Part shown: one piece after another, positions 59,062 through 64,000 of the stretch
How positions within the stretch are numbered: the stretch's first letter is position 1
Layout of the letters: each line of letters opens with the position of its first letter
Assembly: GCA_017857595.1 (NCBI GenBank)
Contig: JAFMCU010000006.1
Location: 10,364-74,363 of the forward strand
DNA length: 64,000 nucleotides
Origin: Thermoprotei archaeon
Lineage (GTDB): Archaea; Thermoproteota; Thermoprotei; Gearchaeales; Gearchaeaceae
Reading direction: 5' to 3'
Notes under the pieces: generated by a model
What the model was told of the DNA's origin: nothing
Databases searched by the model: none
What the model saw: the letters and a program-made list of their open reading frames with translations, nothing else
Translations under genes and position numbers: made by a program

Positions 59062-59352
59062 TCATAGAAACTTTCTTTTTCTTCCCCTTCTACCTTTTGT
59101 AACTTGCTGTTGCTCGGCCTCTTCTTTAGGAAATTCAGAAACTTGTATTTTTTCTTCAGCTTTAACAAATTGCAAATATTCATCAGCATACTCAAAAGCT
59201 GAAATAAACATTCTTCTACAACAATACCTTTTAATTCCTAAACTATTTAGAACCTCATCCGGTTTTTCTCCACCTTCAACTCTTCTTTTATATTCATCCC
59301 AATGTCTAGAAATTGGTGCCCCGCAAGTGAAACATCTTACTGGAATAAGCAT
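59062..59352 (-). CDS. rpo10: RNA polymerase subunit Rpo10 (N) with C-terminal extension
   Basis: IPVRCFTCG, RYCCRRM. Confidence 0.96.
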   Translation of the reverse strand: MLIPVRCFTCGAPISRHWDEYKRRVEGGEKPDEVLNSLGIKRYCCRRMFISAFEYADEYLQFVKAEEKIQVSEFPKEEAEQQQVTKGRRGRKRKFL

Positions 59353-59358
59353 ATTAAA

Positions 59359-59778
59359 TCACCTATAAGATTTCTGCCTTTTAGCTCTAGCCTTTTTACC
59401 TCTTGGTTTTTTAGGCTCCACTTCTCGTGGATCATGCTTTAATAAAGCTCTATTATAATCAAGATAAGCTTTCTTTAATTCTTCGTTCTTCGTAAACTCA
59501 ATCAATGCTTTAGCTATGGCCATTCTTGCAGATTGACTTTGACCCATAAAACCTCCTCCTTTAACATTAACATATATATCTATCTTATCCCTTAAATCTT
59601 CACTTAAAAATTCTAAAGGTTCTTGAATAGTATATCTTGCTATCCAAGGTTCTATAAGCTCTAAAGGCTTTCCATTTATTAACACACGACCATGTCCCGG
59701 ATATTTAAGATAAGCTCTTGCTATTGCAGTTTTTCTTTTACCTGTAGCGATTATGACCTGTGACATTATGATTCCCAA
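59359..59778 (-). CDS. rps9: 30S ribosomal protein uS9
   Basis: GKRKTAIA, GGG..GQ, EPKK, QKSYR. Confidence 0.97.
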   Translation of the reverse strand: MGIIMSQVIIATGKRKTAIARAYLKYPGHGRVLINGKPLELIEPWIARYTIQEPLEFLSEDLRDKIDIYVNVKGGGFMGQSQSARMAIAKALIEFTKNEELKKAYLDYNRALLKHDPREVEPKKPRGKKARAKRQKSYR

Positions 59779-60212
59779 CCTAAAATTTTACATATATCAC
59801 CTAAATAAATATATGCGTGACCCAATTTTGTAGCATCTGCTTCCTCGAAACTTAGAACTTGAGTACTTTTTGGAATATCTATCTTACCAATGTAAACTTT
59901 TAATTTTTTATAAGCTTCTCTTCCCTTAGGCTTTTTATATGGCAACATTCCTCGAATTGCTCTTCTGAGAATTTGGTCAGGAGATTTTGGATTTTTATGC
60001 GCAATCTTCTCAGGATTTTTTATTGTCCTTCTTGCTAATTTTTTTCTAAACCTTTCTATTACTCTACTTTTATCACCAGAAATAACCGCTTTTTCAGCAT
60101 TAAAAATATATACTTTTGAGCCATCTAGCAAAAACTTAGCTACTTTAGAAGCAAGTCTACCCATTATTTGATTAGTAGCATCTACATAAATTATTTGATT
60201 TCTACTGCTCAT
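59766..60212 (-). CDS. rpl13: 50S ribosomal protein uL13
   Basis: DA...GRLAS, NAEK, RGMLP. Confidence 0.96.
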   Translation of the reverse strand: MSSRNQIIYVDATNQIMGRLASKVAKFLLDGSKVYIFNAEKAVISGDKSRVIERFRKKLARRTIKNPEKIAHKNPKSPDQILRRAIRGMLPYKKPKGREAYKKLKVYIGKIDIPKSTQVLSFEEADATKLGHAYIYLGDICKILGWES

Positions 60213-60574
60213 GTTAAAACTTTAACATTACTACCCTTAGGATTTAAACTAATTAATTCTTCAAAAGATAAACATTTACCTTTTGCTTCTTCAATTTTTC
60301 TCTTTGCTGAATTAGAAAAAGAAAGTGCTGCGACATTAACTGCATGATCCAAAATTCCAAAACCAAGCACTTTACCAGGTACGACAACGAATTCGTTTTC
60401 TTTTGTTAATTTATTTATTTTACCTACATTTACTTTAATCCTTCCTCTTTTCCTTATACTTAATTTTTCTCCTACAAGTTTCCATATTGGACTTCCGAAT
60501 TTCCTATAGGATTTGAATAAGAATCTTATTTCTTTTCTAATAATTGGATTAGTTGGTCCTGTTGGCTTTATCAT
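60209..60574 (-). CDS. rpl18e: 50S ribosomal protein eL18
   Basis: TGPTNP, IW, VNVGKI, VPGKVLG. Confidence 0.96.
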   Translation of the reverse strand: MIKPTGPTNPIIRKEIRFLFKSYRKFGSPIWKLVGEKLSIRKRGRIKVNVGKINKLTKENEFVVVPGKVLGFGILDHAVNVAALSFSNSAKRKIEEAKGKCLSFEELISLNPKGSNVKVLT

Positions 60575-61172
60575 CTTTCAATTCATTAAGTTTTTTATTT
60601 ATATTTTCATAAGTATTTAAAATTACTTCGATACCCTTTAGCAGAATTTTTTCAGGCAAATCTACACCGGTTGATTCGAACGAAAAAATGAAACTTTTCT
60701 CATCCTCTAATTGCTTATAAGTGCAAACAGAAACAGGCTGAAAACGTGCATGTTCAGAACCAGTCTTAACTCTTGCTATAGCCTCAAAAGAAACTTTTTG
60801 TCCTTTAGCTAATTTCACTATTGGAATGGTTTCATAAGCTGGTTTTATATTGGGATCTGATGGAATAAGATCTTTCGAATAAACAACTAAGTCTCCTTCT
60901 TTAGCTTCAACTTCACATTTAAAATATGCAGTGGTGTCTTCCTTTGTATTTAACATATCATATCTTATAGGAATCAAACCGAGGCGATGTGCTAACATTT
61001 CATCAAACATTATTGATGAATTTTCTATTATTATTACATCATCTATTGCTAAAGTTGGTATTCTAGATATCATAACTCTTCGTAAAAGATTAACAAATTG
61101 AGGAGATATATCATTAACCTTAAAGCTCAGCGATAAATCGTTTTTTTCCAACATTTCTACTTTTAATGTCAT
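60549..61172 (-). CDS. rpo3: RNA polymerase subunit Rpo3 (D), short form
   Basis: NLLRRV, ENSS...DEMLAHRLGLIP, EHARF, ESTG. Confidence 0.95.
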   Translation of the reverse strand: MTLKVEMLEKNDLSLSFKVNDISPQFVNLLRRVMISRIPTLAIDDVIIIENSSIMFDEMLAHRLGLIPIRYDMLNTKEDTTAYFKCEVEAKEGDLVVYSKDLIPSDPNIKPAYETIPIVKLAKGQKVSFEAIARVKTGSEHARFQPVSVCTYKQLEDEKSFIFSFESTGVDLPEKILLKGIEVILNTYENINKKLNELKDDKANRTN

Positions 61173-61229
61173 AATTAAGTTACTTGATATTTTATTAATA
61201 AAACTAATCTACTATATAATATTTAATAA

Positions 61230-62129
61230 ATGGATGAAGAAGAGAGAAAACTTTATCTTAAGGCAGGAAAAGCTGCTGCTAATGCTTTAAAAATCGTCAA
61301 AGAAAAAATTCAAGTTGGAATGAGTTTAAATGAAATATGTGAAATTGCAGAAAAGGAAATATTGAATAATGGTGCTCAATTAGCTTTTCCTTGCAATGTT
61401 TCTATAAATAATATAGCAGCGCATAATACAGCAGACTTTGAAGTTATTGAGTATATCCCTGCAAATTCTGTAGTTAAAATAGATGTAGGTGCCAGTTGTG
61501 ATGGATATTTAGCTGATACAGCAACAACGATTTGTTTCAATAGAAATTTTGAAAAAATGGATGAGATAGCAAAAAAAGCTTTAAAATATGCTATTGATTC
61601 GATTAGACCTGGAATGAAAACTTCAGAAATCGGTAAAATAATATATTCTTACGCGAAGGCTAACGGATTTAAAGTAATAAAGAACTTATCAGGACATTCT
61701 ATGAAAAGAAATCTATTGCATGCAGGTAAGTCTATACCTAACTTTGATGATGCATCGCAAGAAAAAATTGAAAAAAATGAAGTTTATGCTATAGAGCCAT
61801 TCTTAACGAATGGTTATGGAATGGTGGAAGATAGCGATTTGATTAGGATTTATTCCTTAAAGGCTCCACCAAAAGTTAAAGGCCTTAAAAATTCAGATTT
61901 CATTTATAAAATCTGGAAAGAAAGATTATATTTACCTTTTTGTTTAAGATGGTACAAAGGAAGAGTCGACTTAAAGGAGTTAATGAAAGATTTTGAAATA
62001 CTTCTAAATAAAAATGAATTGATAGGTTATAATGTTTTGGTTGAATATGGTAATGGTATTGTTGTTCAAGAGGAACATACAATAATAATTGATAACGATG
62101 ACGTTATAGTAACAACCTATATAGAATAA
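61230..62129 (+). CDS. map: Type II methionine aminopeptidase
   Basis: AFP, AAH, KIDVG, DTA, GH, LHAG, AIEPF, EHT. Confidence 0.96.
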   Translation: MDEEERKLYLKAGKAAANALKIVKEKIQVGMSLNEICEIAEKEILNNGAQLAFPCNVSINNIAAHNTADFEVIEYIPANSVVKIDVGASCDGYLADTATTICFNRNFEKMDEIAKKALKYAIDSIRPGMKTSEIGKIIYSYAKANGFKVIKNLSGHSMKRNLLHAGKSIPNFDDASQEKIEKNEVYAIEPFLTNGYGMVEDSDLIRIYSLKAPPKVKGLKNSDFIYKIWKERLYLPFCLRWYKGRVDLKELMKDFEILLNKNELIGYNVLVEYGNGIVVQEEHTIIIDNDDVIVTTYIE

Positions 62130-62185
62130 TTTTTATTTCTTTAGCTAATATATAAATTAAAAATATTTTTATATTTCAATATAAG

Positions 62186-63370
62186 ATGAAAATTTACGGA
62201 AAGGAAATTAAGGATTATGTAAATGATTTGATAAATGAAATTAGGAAAGTAGTTGATGATAAAGTTGTTGTAGCTGCGATATCTGGTGGAGTAGATAGCG
62301 CTGTTGCTTCTTATTTATGTTGGTTAGCTATAGGAAGCAACTTAAAGCCTGTAATAATTGACACAGGATTTATGAGGGAGGGAGAAATTGATGATACAGT
62401 AAAAAGATTTGAAGAAATAGGCATGCATGTTGAAGTTATCGATGCTTCATCCTTATTTTACGAGGCTTTAAAAAACAAAAAAGATGCAGAAGAAAAAAGG
62501 AAAATTTTCAGAGAAAAATTCTATGAAGTATTATCTGAAGCGGTAAAAAATTATAATGCGAGTTATTTGGTTCAAGGAACAATAGCTCCAGACTGGATTG
62601 AAACTAAAGGAGGAATAAAAACTCAACATAATGTATTAGTTCAAATAGGAATAGATCCAGAAAAAAAATTTGGCTTTAATTTAATTGAACCAATTGCTAA
62701 TTTGTATAAAGATCAAGTTAGGAAAGTAGCTGAATACATTGGAATCCCAAAAGAAATTATTAATAGGCAACCATTTCCAGGACCTGGATTGTTAATAAGA
62801 TGTGTAGGCGAATTTGAATTGGAAAAACTAAAAGCCTTAAAAAATGTTACATTCTTATGTGAAAAATACCTTCAATCGATTAATGCTTCACAGGCTTTTT
62901 TAGCTATCTTTAAGAAGCCTAGAATGGCTACATCGAACAAAATTGTTGAGTTTTTAAAAGAAACAAAAAGAATAATAGGAATAGGTGGAAGAGGTTTTAA
63001 AACTTATGAGTTTTATGAACTTGCTACAGGAGTTAAAGGAGATGCTCGAGCTTATGGAAAATTATTAGGATTATATTATAAAGAATATGATGCATTTCTT
63101 AAACACAAAGACGAAATAATACAAGAGTTTTCAAGAATTTTGCCAGATTATACAAGATTATTGATAATGATTTCAGATCCAAGACCTGCTGGAAAATATG
63201 CTATAGCATTGAGAGCTGTCGTAACAAAAGATTTTATGACGGCAAGTGTGCCTGATTTGGATATGGAATTAGCCCAAAAAATTGTCGATGAAATTTTAAA
63301 GGATATAAGAATTACACATGTGTATTATGATATAACTCCTAAACCGCCTGCAACAATTGAATATGAATAG
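62186..63370 (+). CDS. guaAB: GMP synthase ATP-pyrophosphatase subunit
   Basis: SGGVDS, QGTI, IKTQHN, KDQVR, PFPGPGL, KPPATIEYE. Confidence 0.95.
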   Translation: MKIYGKEIKDYVNDLINEIRKVVDDKVVVAAISGGVDSAVASYLCWLAIGSNLKPVIIDTGFMREGEIDDTVKRFEEIGMHVEVIDASSLFYEALKNKKDAEEKRKIFREKFYEVLSEAVKNYNASYLVQGTIAPDWIETKGGIKTQHNVLVQIGIDPEKKFGFNLIEPIANLYKDQVRKVAEYIGIPKEIINRQPFPGPGLLIRCVGEFELEKLKALKNVTFLCEKYLQSINASQAFLAIFKKPRMATSNKIVEFLKETKRIIGIGGRGFKTYEFYELATGVKGDARAYGKLLGLYYKEYDAFLKHKDEIIQEFSRILPDYTRLLIMISDPRPAGKYAIALRAVVTKDFMTASVPDLDMELAQKIVDEILKDIRITHVYYDITPKPPATIEYE

Positions 63371-63935
63371 AAAAAAGGTATTGATTTTAGGTCCAGGAGG
63401 ACAATATAATCATTTAATATATAGGAAAATTAGCGAATTAGGGCATGAAAGCTATTTGCAAGATTTTAATTCAGATTTTTCAATTAATTTTGACGCATTC
63501 ATAATCGGTGGAGGACCAGCAAGATTGAGCAAAAATAGCTACGAAGTTAAAAGAATTAGAGAATTAGTTTATCAATCTTCAAAACCCATATTAGGAATTT
63601 GCTTAGGATTTCAAATTCTTAGCTTAATTTATGGTGGAGAATTAACAAGTTCAAAGCCAAGCTTTGGTCCTCAAAAGATTTTTATTGAAAAATATGATGC
63701 ATTGCTCAATAATATACCTAATTCTTTTGTAGCATGGGAAAGTCATAATGATACGTTAACAAAGTTACCTGAAGATTTCGAAGTCCTTGCATATTCTAAA
63801 CTGAATGCTACAAAGATTGTAGAAATTATAAAGCATAAAAGCAAATTAATATATGGTGTACAGTTCCATCCTGAAGTAGATCATACCGAATTTGGCAAAG
63901 AAATCCTAAACAATTTCGTAAATTTAAATGAGTGA
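63357..63935 (+). CDS. guaAA: GMP synthase glutamine amidotransferase subunit
   Basis: GQYNHLI, GICLG, SHND, QFHPEV. Confidence 0.94.
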   Translation: MNMNRKKVLILGPGGQYNHLIYRKISELGHESYLQDFNSDFSINFDAFIIGGGPARLSKNSYEVKRIRELVYQSSKPILGICLGFQILSLIYGGELTSSKPSFGPQKIFIEKYDALLNNIPNSFVAWESHNDTLTKLPEDFEVLAYSKLNATKIVEIIKHKSKLIYGVQFHPEVDHTEFGKEILNNFVNLNE

Positions 63936-64000
63936 AAAACCAATTATAATTGTTGATTTTAGAGAAAGAACTTCTAAAATTCCTGAATTAATTGTGAAAA
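63928..64000 (+). CDS. ERCC4/XPF nuclease, 5' fragment
   Basis: MSEKPIIIVDFRERTSKIPELIVK matches the ERCC4 N-terminal IIVDxRE pattern; only 24 aa visible. Confidence 0.6.
   Translation, partial: MSEKPIIIVDFRERTSKIPELIVK

Noticed and set aside
58847-59368. 173-aa plus-strand ORF
   Set aside because: Antisense to eno and rpo10; no recognisable domain.

Overview
AT-rich, very densely packed core-genome segment of an archaeon, most likely from the TACK/Thermoproteota group (it encodes eL13, separate Kae1 and Bud32, and tRNAs with BHB-type introns; the taxon is an inference). It carries replication genes (cdc6-wHTH-rfcS with a mini-intein-rfcL), four tRNAs (Gly, Tyr and Phe with introns, Arg), two box C/D sRNAs, preQ0/archaeosine genes, tRNA maturation genes, KEOPS, many ribosomal, RNAP and translation-factor genes, isoprenoid genes, a large S-layer-like glycoprotein and GMP synthase. 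No transposase, integrase, CRISPR array or rRNA was seen. Most notable observations: (1) eL15 is truncated and its conserved C-terminal tail is fused to the adjacent eL13; (2) a C/D sRNA whose guide fits the 23S A-loop U2552; (3) an unannotated 53-aa LysW-like zinc-ribbon ORF; (4) a K-turn-like structure in the tRNA-Tyr intron; (5) an exact 105-bp duplication extending the coiled-coil stalk of the surface protein; (6) several genes flipped in place inside otherwise conserved gene strings. All family assignments come from motif recognition; no database search was run.
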